64,000 nt of DNA from Callorhinchus milii (lineage: Eukaryota). Below the pieces are notes generated by a model that was given only the letters and a program-made list of their open reading frames with translations, was not told the origin of the DNA and made no database searches. The stretch covers positions 127,412,001-127,476,000 of the forward strand of contig NW_024704742.1 of the NCBI RefSeq assembly GCF_018977255.1, given 5' to 3'. Positions 26,501 to 38,500 of this stretch are shown here, one piece after another (within the stretch, counting starts at the first letter, position 1; each line of letters opens with the position of its first letter). The translations under genes and the position numbers were made by a program.

Positions 26501-29500
26501 TCTGACATTTCAACACTCCTCACATCTCTTTGCCTCTCCTCTGATCGCCTCATCATCCTGGGCGACTTTAACCTACACTTCACCCCCTCCTGCTCCATCT
26601 CCACAGACTTCTCTTCCCTGCTCTCCTCACTCAACCTTTCCCTACACATAAACTCCCCCACTCACAGTCACGGCCACCCACTCGATTTGGTGATCACCCG
26701 GGGCCTCAGTGTCTCGGATGTCACTATTACCGACAAGGCCATCTCCGACCACTACTTCATCTCCTTCACCACCTCCACCCCCCTCCCCACCTCCACCAGA
26801 CCCACCACCATCTTCTACCGCCCTTGGAAGAAGTTACCCCCACAATCCCTAACCGATGCCTTGGAGTCCTCTGAACTCCTCTCCCTCTGGCCTTCAACCC
26901 TCACCGACCCCTCTTCTCCTCTCTCCCTCCTCCACAATATCCTCTCCTCCACACTCGATACTCTTGCCCCCATCACTTCCCGCACTGTCTCCTACTCCCG
27001 CTCCTCCCCCTGGTACACCACCCACCTCCGCTCACTGAAATGCCAGGTGCGGGCTGCTGAGCGCACCTTTGTCAAATCCGGCTTAACGGTCCACCGACAA
27101 ATCTGGCTGGACCTCCTCAAAATTTACCGCTCCACTCTAGCCTCGGCCAAGTCGTCCTTCTACTCCAGGATAATCCTGGAGGCGAAGAACAACCCCAGGC
27201 TACTGTTTTCCACCACATCCCGACTCCTCCGTCCCCCCGCCACCCCGCGCAGGTCATCTCCTCCAACCTTCACTGCGAGGAGATGCTGGATTTCCTTGAA
27301 TCCAAGATCAAGGGAATCCGCTCCGCGGTCACTTCCCCTCCAACTTCCACCCACCACCCACCCCTTCCCTCCCACACTCCGACTCCTACCCATCCTCCCC
27401 TACACACCTTCGTACCCGTTTCCCCACCCTCTGTCACTGAACTCATCCTATCCCTAAAACCAACCACCTGCTCCCTTGACCCCATCCCCACTCCACTCCT
27501 TATCTCCCAGCTCCATTTTCTTGCCCCACACATCACTGACATCATAAACCTGTCCCTCTCCTCTGGCTCTGTCCCCATTCCATTAAAAACTGCCATCATC
27601 ACGCCCACCCTGAAAAAACCCTCCCTTGATGCGTCGCAGCTATCAAGCTACCGGCCCATCTCCAACCTCCCCTTTCTCTCCAAGGTCTTGGAAAGAGTTG
27701 TCGCCTCCCAACTGCGCTCTTTCCTCTCCACCCATTCTCTTTTTGAACCCCTTCAGTCAGGTTTCCGTGCTGCTCATAGCACAGAAACTGCCCTGGTCAA
27801 GGTCACCAATGATATCCTGACCATCTGTGACCAGGGCTCCCTCTGTCTCCTCGTCCTCCTCGACCTATCGGCAGCATTCGATACGGTCGACCACGCTATC
27901 CTACTCCACCGCTTGTCCTCCCACCTCAACCTTCAAGGCACTGTCCTTGAATGGTTTAGCTCTTACCTTTCCAACCGTCTTCACTTCGTCTCAACGAATG
28001 GCTTCTCCTCCACCCCCCGTACTGTCTCATGTGGTGTCCCTCAGGGCTCTGTCCTCGGTCCCCTCCTCTTCACCCTCTATATGCTCCCCCTCGGTGACAT
28101 CATCCGCAAACATGGGGTTAACTTCCACATGTATGCGGATGACACCCAACTCTACCTTTCCTCCTCTACTCTCAACTCCACGACCACCGATGTCCTGACA
28201 GCCTGCCTGTCCGACATCGAGTCCTGGACGAGAGACAACTTTCTTCAGCTCAACGTGCGAAAAACCGAGGCCCTCCTGATTGGCTCACGTCAGCGCCTCC
28301 GCACCTCAGGCGCTGACACCATCAGCATCCAAGGCTGCACTCTCCACCTCTCAAAGCCAGTCAGGAACCTCGGCGTTTTGTTCGACCCTGAGCTGTCCTT
28401 TCTCCCTCACATCCGCACCACAACTGGCACCGCCTTCCATCACCTCCGGAATATCGCCAGATTACGGCACTACCTCACCCCTCACGCTGCTGAAACCCTG
28501 GTTCACGCCTTTGTCACCTCAAGGCTGGACTATGGGAACTCTCTCCTCGCCGGCCTTCCCGCCACCTCCCTCCACAAGCTGCAGGTCATTCAGAACTCTG
28601 CAGCTCGTGTACTGTCCCGCACCAGGCTTCGGGACCACATCACTCCCACCCTCGCTCGCCTCCACTGGCTCCCCATCCCCCAGAGGATTGATTTCAAGAT
28701 CCTCATCCTCACCTACAAGGCCATTCACGGCCTTGCTCCCTCCTACCTCTCCAACCTACTATCCCCCTACCTACCTGCCCGTACCCTCCGTTCCTCTGGC
28801 TCCGGTCTGCTCCACGTCCCCCGCCCCAACCGCCCTACTATCGGTGGTCGGGCCTTCAGCCTCTCAGCCCCGAGGCTCTGGAACTCCATCCCCCAGTGCC
28901 TTCGCCTTGCTTCCTCCCTTTCCTCCTTCAAGGCCGGTCTCAAAACCTTTCTCTTTGACCGTGCCTTCAGCTCCCCTCTCGACTCTCTTCCTCCTCCTCG
29001 CTCCCTCCCTTCCCTCCCCTCACCCTGACCATTTCCCCCTCCTCTCTCCCTCCCTTCCCTCCCCTCACCCTGACCATTTCCCCCCTGCTCGGGTCATGAC
29101 CCAACTGTGCAGCGCCTTGGGACGTCCTCCTGACGTGAAAGGCGCTCTATAAATGGAATCTTGTTGTTGTTGTTGTTGTTGTACCTCAATTAGGTTTTTA
29201 TTTTCCAGCGTGTATGTGACTTCCTTATTCCTTCTACTAAAATGTACCACCTCACACTTCTCTACATTGAAATGGATTTGCCATTTAAATGCCCATTCAG
29301 CAAGTGTATTAATGTCTTGCTGCAATTTGTTGCAGTCCTCCTCTGTATTAACTACTCCCTCCAATTTGGTGTCGTCTGCAAATTTTGAAATTGTGCTACT
29401 GATTCCCGAATCCGAATCATTAATGTTGATTCAATCTAGGAAGTCCTGCTGATGTGAAAGGCGCTATATAAATGCAAGTTATTTGTTCAAATAGAATCTT

Positions 29501-32500
29501 GTTTGAGAATTAATGATACAATGGTTTATTTAATATACCAGGGTTTTTGCTTGCCGCTTTTAAAATAGATAAATGATTTACTGTATACTCCTGAAAAATT
29601 AATAGGTTAAATGCATAGTAGCCTTACTTTTACATTCCAAGTTAACTAATATATAAGGTTTAAATTAACGTCAATGCCATTTCTTTCTCCATGATTTCTT
29701 TGTTACATGGCTATTGAAACACCAGGATTAGCTGGGACATTCAATTGTATAGTCTATATATATATATATATACACATACATTATATTTACTGTAAGGAGT
29801 ACAGGAAACTTAGCAGAAATTATTATTTAACGCTATTTATTTTCTTGACACTCCTATAATGTGCATGGGTGTTTGCCACTTACTGCTGAATTGAATTTAA
29901 ATCATGCTTTTTGTTTTGCTAACTTGCCAGTTCACCTCATTAACAACAACTTGGATTTATATGGCGCCCTCCACGCCGGACGGCGTCTCAGAGCGCTTCA
30001 CAGTAACGGATCCCGGGTCCGAGCCAGGGGGAGGGGGAGGAAGGTGACCAAAGGCGCAGTCGAAAAGAAAGGTCTTCAGCAGAGACCTGAAAATGGGGTT
30101 CCAGAGCCTCGGGGCATTGTGGCTGAAGGCACGGCGCCGAGGGTGGAGCGGAGGACTCGGGGGACGAGGAGGAGGTCAGACCCGGAGGAATGAAGGCAAC
30201 GGATACTGTTTTGAGGAGAGAGGAGGTCAGAGAGGTCGGGGGGTGCAGAGGAGTGCAGGGACTTGAATACAAGGGTGAGAATCTTGAAATCGATCCTCTC
30301 TGGGATAGACAGCCAGTGCAGTCTGGCAAGGACTGGGGTGATCGGGGAGTGGAGGTTGGTGCGGGTAAGAATGCAGGTGACAGAGTTTTGAATGATTTGG
30401 ATTTTATGGATGGTAGTGGATGGGAGACTGGTGAGGAGGGCGTTAGAGTAGTCCAGCCGAGAGGTGACAAAGGCATAGACCGGGGTTTCAGCAGCTTTTG
30501 GAGAGAGGTATTGGCGGAGACGGGTGATGCGTCGGAGGTGGAAGAAAGCAGTGCTGGTGAGGGATTGGATGGGGGGAGGAAGAATAATTGGGGGTCGAAC
30601 CTGATGCCTAGGTTGCGTATGGGTTCGGAGAGTTTTAGTGGGAGGTCACTTAGGTGGAGAAGGTGAGAGCCGTGAGATTTTAGATGTTGACGAGAGCCTT
30701 TCACTTTGGACCTGTTGGCAACACTGCATATTGCCATCATAATTTATGTGCAGGGTCTAACTTGCAGGTTGTGTTAACTGTGTTTAATATATCTTGAGTG
30801 CAGAAGGAATTGCAGGTGCTTTAAAAAAAGTGATTAATAATCAATGAAAAGGATCACAGACCCGGACCATTGGTTTAGTTATGAATCATTTTGTTTAACT
30901 CCATCTCCTTGAGCTTCCTAATTTATAATGTATTCCTAATCTGCCGATATTATAGTCAAAGTATGCTGAGGTACCTTTCCTGAATTTAATTCAATCTGCA
31001 ATAGTTCTGCACACTTTCAGTTTATTTAGTTATGGAGAGGCAAACCTGATTTTGTCCTATGTCTATTTAAAGCAGCCATGAAATTTATGGTTGATACTGC
31101 AAACGTTAGATGGATGTGAAGGGAAAAGGGAGTGTGATTACAAATGTATTTTACATTGAACATTGCTGCTGACATTTTTAAAGCAAGCTTTTAATGATTA
31201 GTAATACAGTACTAACTTACCACTGACATCATGTTCATCAGTGCTTCTCCTAAGTAAGCACAGAAAATTGCTATTGAGGAAAAAGAAACAGGAAAACATT
31301 GTGTTTAGTAAACTTGAAGCAGTTTTTAGAAAAATAATTATCATGAAAATGACTGTATTCTCTGTAACATCACAATTGGCACTAGCCAGTTCCAGGTTGA
31401 AATCTTGGTACGTCCATTCAGACTTTCATCTTTTCAAAGTCAATAATGCAAATACCATGCCTGAAAACAATTCTTACCCGTTTCTAAATAGGCGTGCATT
31501 CTGTTGGTGCCAAACGTACCTCTGAATCAGTAGGTTGTGGGTTGAAGCTCCTCATTGGTACATTTAACTCATAATCTAAGATGTCACTGCAGTGCAGTGC
31601 TAGGGACATATTACACTATCAGAGATGTCATCCATCAGATGAGATATTAAACCAAGATGTTATCCTGTGTGAAGAGCTCTATATAAATGCGAGTTCTTGT
31701 TGATGCTGTAACCCAAGGTCCGCTCTGCCAGTTCAGGTGAATATTAAAGATTCCATTACACTATTTGAAAAGAGAATGGGGTATCTCCCACTGTTGTGGT
31801 CAACAGGGCCCAGGTAAACTGGGCATTTATTTTACGTCAGTTTGTGGGACACTGCTATGCGCAAATTGGCTGTTACAGTCGCCTACAAACACATAGTCAC
31901 TATACATTACAGTGAATCTTGTGAAGCACTTTGAGATGTTTCAATGACACAAAAAGGTACTCCATAACATGCAAGAATTCTAATGCAATCGTGATAACAG
32001 GATTCAGATGATCCATATTTTAAAACATACCACACATTATTGACAGGATATGGGTTTCCCATGTCAATGCATAAAACACTCCTCCGATAGCACTGCAAGC
32101 CAGAACGCAATTATAGCTCCATATTCCATCATAAATTTTCTTGAATGGTGAAGCCAGTGATAATCCTGAAAGGTAAATTGATTTAGTAAAATATGTAGCT
32201 TCTACACAATTACAACAACAGCTTACATTTATACTGTGCCCTTCATGTAGGGTAGTGTCCCGGAGTGCTTTACAAGTAAGTAGATACTTCTGTACTGTTT
32301 CAATGAGAGTGTGCCTGATGTTTCAGCAATCTGAGATGCTACCCCACATGAAAGGTGCTATATATATCAAGTTGTTGTGTAATTATTTAGTAATCTAATG
32401 TACTAACCAAATTATCTTTTAAAATTTTATATTCTATATATTGTAGTACAATACATAATATAATAAAAAGTATATATTCTTTTAGATATTGGTAAACTAT

Positions 32501-35500
32501 ATATTATGGCACAACACTTTATGTAATATACTAAAAAATAAACTTACTGATATTATAGATAGTTTTTATTTAATACTGTTCAGTGAGCTCTGATCTGCTT
32601 CACATCTCCCGCCTCGCCCGCCCCACCATTGGCAGGTGGGCCTTCTGTCACACTGCCCCCACCCTCTGGAACTCCAGCCCACAGTCCCTCCGTCTCGCCC
32701 CCTCCCTTGCCTCCTTCAAGACCCATCTCAAGACCATCCTTTTCAAACATGCTTTTGATCACTCTCCTTTCCCCCCTGACCTCCAGCCTCCCCAATCCCA
32801 ACCCCCAGTTCGGGTCCGAAACACTGACTGTTCAGCGCCTTGCGACGTCTTCCTGACGTGAAAGGCACTATACAAATATAGTTTTGTTGTTGAAACCAAA
32901 GTCATATTGACGTCTATTGAATATTAACTGCAAATAACCAGTTAACTTGTTATTTTGTTTTTAAACAGCACACTTTAACAAAAGAGATTTATTTTGTGTT
33001 CTCTGCTTGCATTCTAATCTGTAAATGACAAATTATTTTGTGACACCTGTCATTGAACAGCAAAGGCAAATCAGCTGTTGTACTGGATTGTACCACACCG
33101 TGTCACTGGTGGTACATTTAATGTTTGCAAGTCCATGGAGAAATAATTTTTTGTCTTTTTTTGTATAAGATCATCACCATTAGCAAAGCGGAGGGATTGA
33201 GGGCGAGTCTTCGGAAAAGATAATTTTGTTGCTTTGCAAAAATGAACTCAGTGGTGCCACAGTAAAATAAGAGTTTGCAATATCACTGGAGGATTTCATC
33301 TCTGCGGTGTGTTGACCAGTTTTTCAAACCGTACCAATGAATGGATTATGTAGATGAGATGGTGATTTTTGATGCTTTGCTGGGATTCAGCAACTACTTG
33401 CCTGTAGCAAGCAGGAATGTAGCATCTGGATGCAGCGACATTGCTATGCAGTTTTAGCTGGTTAGACCAGCAGTACCCCAACACACACTCTGGAGTCCCC
33501 AAGCCTTGGCTCTTGCTAATCTGCACCTAATAAACTGGTATCAGGTAAGCAGGATGTGTCCCACCCAGGAAAGAGTGCATAATTCCATTCCAATAAATAT
33601 CTTGGGAACTTCCCGGTATTGGTGAGATGCACGGAACTCTTAATTTGGTTTGGATACTCCTTATCACAGTGTTGGTTTCTGCAGACGTCAGACACCTGGC
33701 TCAACCCTACAAAATAATGATTCATTCAGGCTAATGCAATTATTGAGGTAAGTTTAAGATACGTATTTAATTATACCTGCTAGAATGCCAACGCAAGATC
33801 CGATTGCAGCATGTAGACATATGATCGGAGATGAGATAGCTAACGCAGCAAGGAAAATGCCACCAGTCCAGGGATTGTCACAGCCGTACACCTGTCCAAC
33901 ACCCACTGGAATAGCTCGTAGAAGCTGAATAAATATAAAATGTTTGGACATCATGTGATTTTCAAGAATATGAAAGTTGCTTTCACAAATATGTAATAAG
34001 CAATTAATGTTATTAATGTATCAATGTAAAGTAAATTGACTGTATATTTTTGTGGGTGAAATGCACAACTGATGTAAAGCCTAAACCTTTGCAGGCATTA
34101 ATCAGGGAGCAGAATAGAAATTACGTAGATAAGCAGAAATAATAGCAAAATGTGGCTCAGCTAACTTGGGCTTGCTGTTCGTTCCCCCACCCTCTCCAGA
34201 TCACTATGAGTGGCCGAACCTTCAGTTCCTACACCCTAACCTATGGAACTCTGTCCCTCTTGCACTCCTCTCTCTTTGTATCTTTAAATTCCACCTCAAA
34301 TCCTACCTCTTCAACCTTGTCTGCAGGCTACCTCCCACTCCCTCCTTTCCTTTGCTTGGCATCCCACCCCATCCCTGCACAGTGCTCCTAGACATTACCC
34401 AATGTGAAGAGCGCTATAGAAATGCAATTTGCTATAGTTGTTTAATTTTCCTTACCATTAGAATGCTGAGATCTGGCCAGGTGATGTTTGGGGCTGTGGT
34501 CATGGGTTGAATAAGAACCTGAGGGAAATGCTGATTGTAGTGTCCAGTTGCTGCCATGTAGAGACCCACAGATATATTAAAAGGCAATGTGAAAACAGGC
34601 AAATCCCACCGTCCCATCACGGAGGCCAAGGCACTTGAAATAATAGGGCTGTAAAGGAAAATGGTCTGTGACACAAATATTATCATTAAAGAGAAGTTTC
34701 CACAGATAAAAACAGTTGCACATAATTTGCCTTGTTTTATATTTCAATTTAAGAGTAGCCCATATTTTTTAGCAGTTATATTTTGTTTTCCCTCAAGTCC
34801 AAAGGGGACATTGAACTGTATGTTGGACAGAGTGTTTGTTTTCATGACGGCATAGTATTCTCAAGTGCAATTGTATCATTTTTATATCTTTTTCAATCTT
34901 TAATCATTGTATTTTATTACTGTGCACTTTCTAATTATTATTATTAAGCCAGACTGGCTCGGTGGTAGATCTCTTGTCTCTAGGTCAGAAGGTTGTGGGT
35001 TCAAGCCCCACGTTGGAACTTGAACACACATAGACTAAGCTTACAGTCCAATGTGTTGCATTGTTAGAGGTGCCGTCCTTCAGATGAAACGTTAAATCAA
35101 GGTCTCGCCTACCTGTTCATGTGGACGCTAAAGATTCCATGCCACTATTCGAAAAGAGAAGAGAGTTTCTCCTGCTGCCCTGGCCAACAATCTCCCAAAT
35201 AAAAAAACAAACATTATTCACTTCATGGTTGTTTGTGAGTCATTGCTGTGCCAAATTGTCTGCTGCGTTCGCACACAAATGCACAATTCATAGTAAATCC
35301 TGTGAAGCCCTTTGAGACATCCTCTCAACATGAAAGGTGTTATACCAAATCCAATGATTCCTATTTTTTTCAAGCAATACCTCATTATACTGCCCACTTG
35401 TTCCCGCACAATCCCTCCCCATCTCACCCTCCACGCACACACTTACACATCCCCAACTAATTTCCCATCCATTTACATTTTAGAACATGTAGGATACGAA

Positions 35501-38500
35501 ATGAACAGGAAAATGTGAGCATTTAACTTTAGACTTGGAGTTAGTGAGATAATGAAGGTGAGTAGTTGTGACCAGGAATTAAGCATTGAGAGCAGGAATA
35601 GTACAGCATTTTACTGATTGAGAGCAATGCCAGGCATCTTCAAATGGAGGAGAGGATAATCTATTTTTTCTTACTTTGAAGAATTAACCTGGGATAACTT
35701 TATCATATCATTAAATTATTACACATGTTTCAGTGAAGTCTTTCTGTCATTAACTTACTGGAGTATAATACTTGAACATCTCTAATCTTATGACTCATTT
35801 GTGTTAGAGTTGAAATCACTGGTTGCTCTTTGCAGAATAAAAAGGTTGAACTTGCAGTGTTTTATAACCATTTCCTGTGAGTTATCTAGGCTGACACTGC
35901 AATGAGGTAATGAGTACTGTCATTCGGATGAGAATCTAAACCGGGGTCAGTCCTGTCTGCCTGTTCAGGTGGATGCTAAAGATCCCACGAAACTGTTTGA
36001 AAAGAGAAGAGAGTTTCTTCTCATGATATAGCAAACCAACCCAGAGATAAAATTGTTTCATTCAATTGATAGCTGTTTGTGGCATATTGCTGTGAGTGAA
36101 TTGGATGCAAGGTTCGCCTAAAAGTACAGTCACTGCACAGTAAAAATCATGTGAAAGCACTTTGAGATGTGATAAGATCCCATAACAAATGTAAGTTTTT
36201 TTTTAATCTCTAGGGTGCCCATAGTTTTTAGGGCTGAATGGCTTTCCTCTGTGTCCAAAATTTCTATGGTTTGAAGATTTCCTGTTTAGCAAATTGCTCT
36301 TCTCTTACAAACATTCTCTCCCTATTTTCTTCCCTTTGGACTTTGCATAAAAGGGATTTCTTGTTCCAGTTTAATCAACCTATTCATTAATTTTGGAGCA
36401 TGCCTATGTAGCTTGCAGCTTTCTTTAGAACAATTAGTATTCACAGTTTGTGCCTGTACTGAAAGAAAAGTACTGAAGAACACAGTGCACTATTAAACAT
36501 CAAATGCCCTCCTCACCAGTCTCACCAGCTCCACTATCAACAAAATCAAACTAATCCCAAACTCTGCCATCTGCATACACACCTGCACTAAACCCCTGTA
36601 CCACCATCACCCACTTCTAGTCAGACTCCACTGGCTCCCCATCACCGAATGGATTGATTCACACTCTTTTTCAAATTCCTTCATGCCCTGACACCTCCCT
36701 TCCTTTCCTTCCCCAACTTCAGGTCATGCCTGAAGACCTTCCTCTTTGACCGTGCCTACAGTCACCAGCCTCCTCCCCCGGCATCGTGCTCCTGCATTAT
36801 CTAGCGCTCTTGCACGAGGGCTGCTATATATATGCAAGTTGTTGTTTCTAACAGATCATATAGAAATATTGCAATTTATTTTACTTTTCAATCCATTTAC
36901 TTCTATTTTTTAATTCTTTACGTGTATACTCTTGGTGTAAAAGGTAAAGCAGAAGAATGATTTTCTCAGGATAAAGACTTACTTTCCATTCATACAATTC
37001 CTCTACAATTCCTTTGCAGAAGGAACACACTTTTATATCTCTATAAAGTTACTCTATTATTAATCCTTTCTAAAGAGGAAACATTAGTTAGAATATAGAT
37101 ATCAACAATCCCCAGGCGGTTATTTAAACTGCAGTTAATTTTGTGGTCAGACCATTTGCACAGGTTGACTGATCATGTGGTTTTCCTTTTATTTCCCTTC
37201 TACTTAGATCTGAGTTTATGGAACATTCCCCAGGATGCAAACCATTCTTGTTGATTTAACGTTTCCTTGAGTGTCTCCAAATCACTGTTTTATGAATCTG
37301 GTCCCCAGAGTAAACTCGAGACATAATTCATAGACACATAGATAAATTGAAGATTGAAGATAAATATAGAATATAATGTGTCTGTTAAATTAATTACGAT
37401 CAAACTAATAATTTCAAAGTCCTTATTCAAATTCAATCTAAATCTCAGGCTGTTACGCATCTATAATAGTTAATTAATAATCCTTGCATTTGATATAGCG
37501 CCTTATCACATCTTCAAGAAGTTTCAAAGGTCTTCCCAGAATACATTGTAAAGTGAATTGACTGTATATTTTATGGACGTTACAGGTAGTTATGATGCCA
37601 CCAGCATTTACGTTTATTTATTATTTGGTTTTTTATTTGTCGTCTGATAACATTTTATTTTTTCCTTTGAACCATTTGATAAGAGGTGTGTGCCCTTATC
37701 ATTGTGATTCCTGCCTGAATCATTAAGCTATTGTATTCTTATGCTCCACCCGCTCCAGCCAACAGTAATAAAGGGAGAAAGGTAGATATTTTACGGTTGA
37801 ATACAGAAATTTCACTTCTCAATGAGCATAGAGTGAATGCTTGAGAAATAATTGTCTTCATTTATTTTTCTCTCAGTTACAGTAGCCACTCGCTGTAACT
37901 GAGAGAAAGTTCACTTAAAAGGCACAGTAGTTCATTGGCCCTTGAAGCAAGATTTAATTATCATTTGGGAAGTCAGAATAGAGAGAAGCCAAAACTACAT
38001 TCGAGACGATTACACTCTTGAACACTCAGATTTTTTTTTCCATTTGAGAATACTGTGTTAAAGTTCAACATGCAACGACTCTATTGCTGTGTAACACTAT
38101 CACTATTGCCGCGGATACACCCCAATACACAAAGGGCACGCAGATCTGTGCCAGGTGGGCAGAACCTGGCACGACAACATAAAACAATATGCACAGTATT
38201 TCAATTTTCTTATGCATACACAGAAACCATTTCTACTACAGCACTAATACCAAACTCATGCTAAAATGTGGAGCATAGCCTGGTTCTGAAACTGTATCCT
38301 GAGGTCATTTCAGGAATGGAGTTAATGCCAAGATCAGAGACCACATCACAGACCGGCTGCTTTTACAGATTTGAAAAATAAAATTTATACTTTCTTGACC
38401 TATTGGAGATTCAAGAAGTCTAAATACATCTTTCAATGTTATTAAAGAGTCAGGTGTTTACTCGACTGACTCTCAAAAATATTACCAGATTAATAGCTGT

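Larger units (their letters stand above)
15727..34672. repeat. Three-copy tandem array inside UT: A 15727-21483, B 21484-25690, C 25691-34672
   Basis: Long near-identical blocks. Junction 21483/21484 joins the equivalent of 34672 to the equivalent of 28191; junction 25690/25691 joins the equivalent of 32400 to the equivalent of 15727. Confidence 0.95.

Noticed and set aside
17810..34648. UT-A1-like double-domain transporter built from the duplicated exons
   Set aside because: Exon phases are incompatible (E7->E6 gives a premature stop) and exons 1-3 and 8 are single copy.
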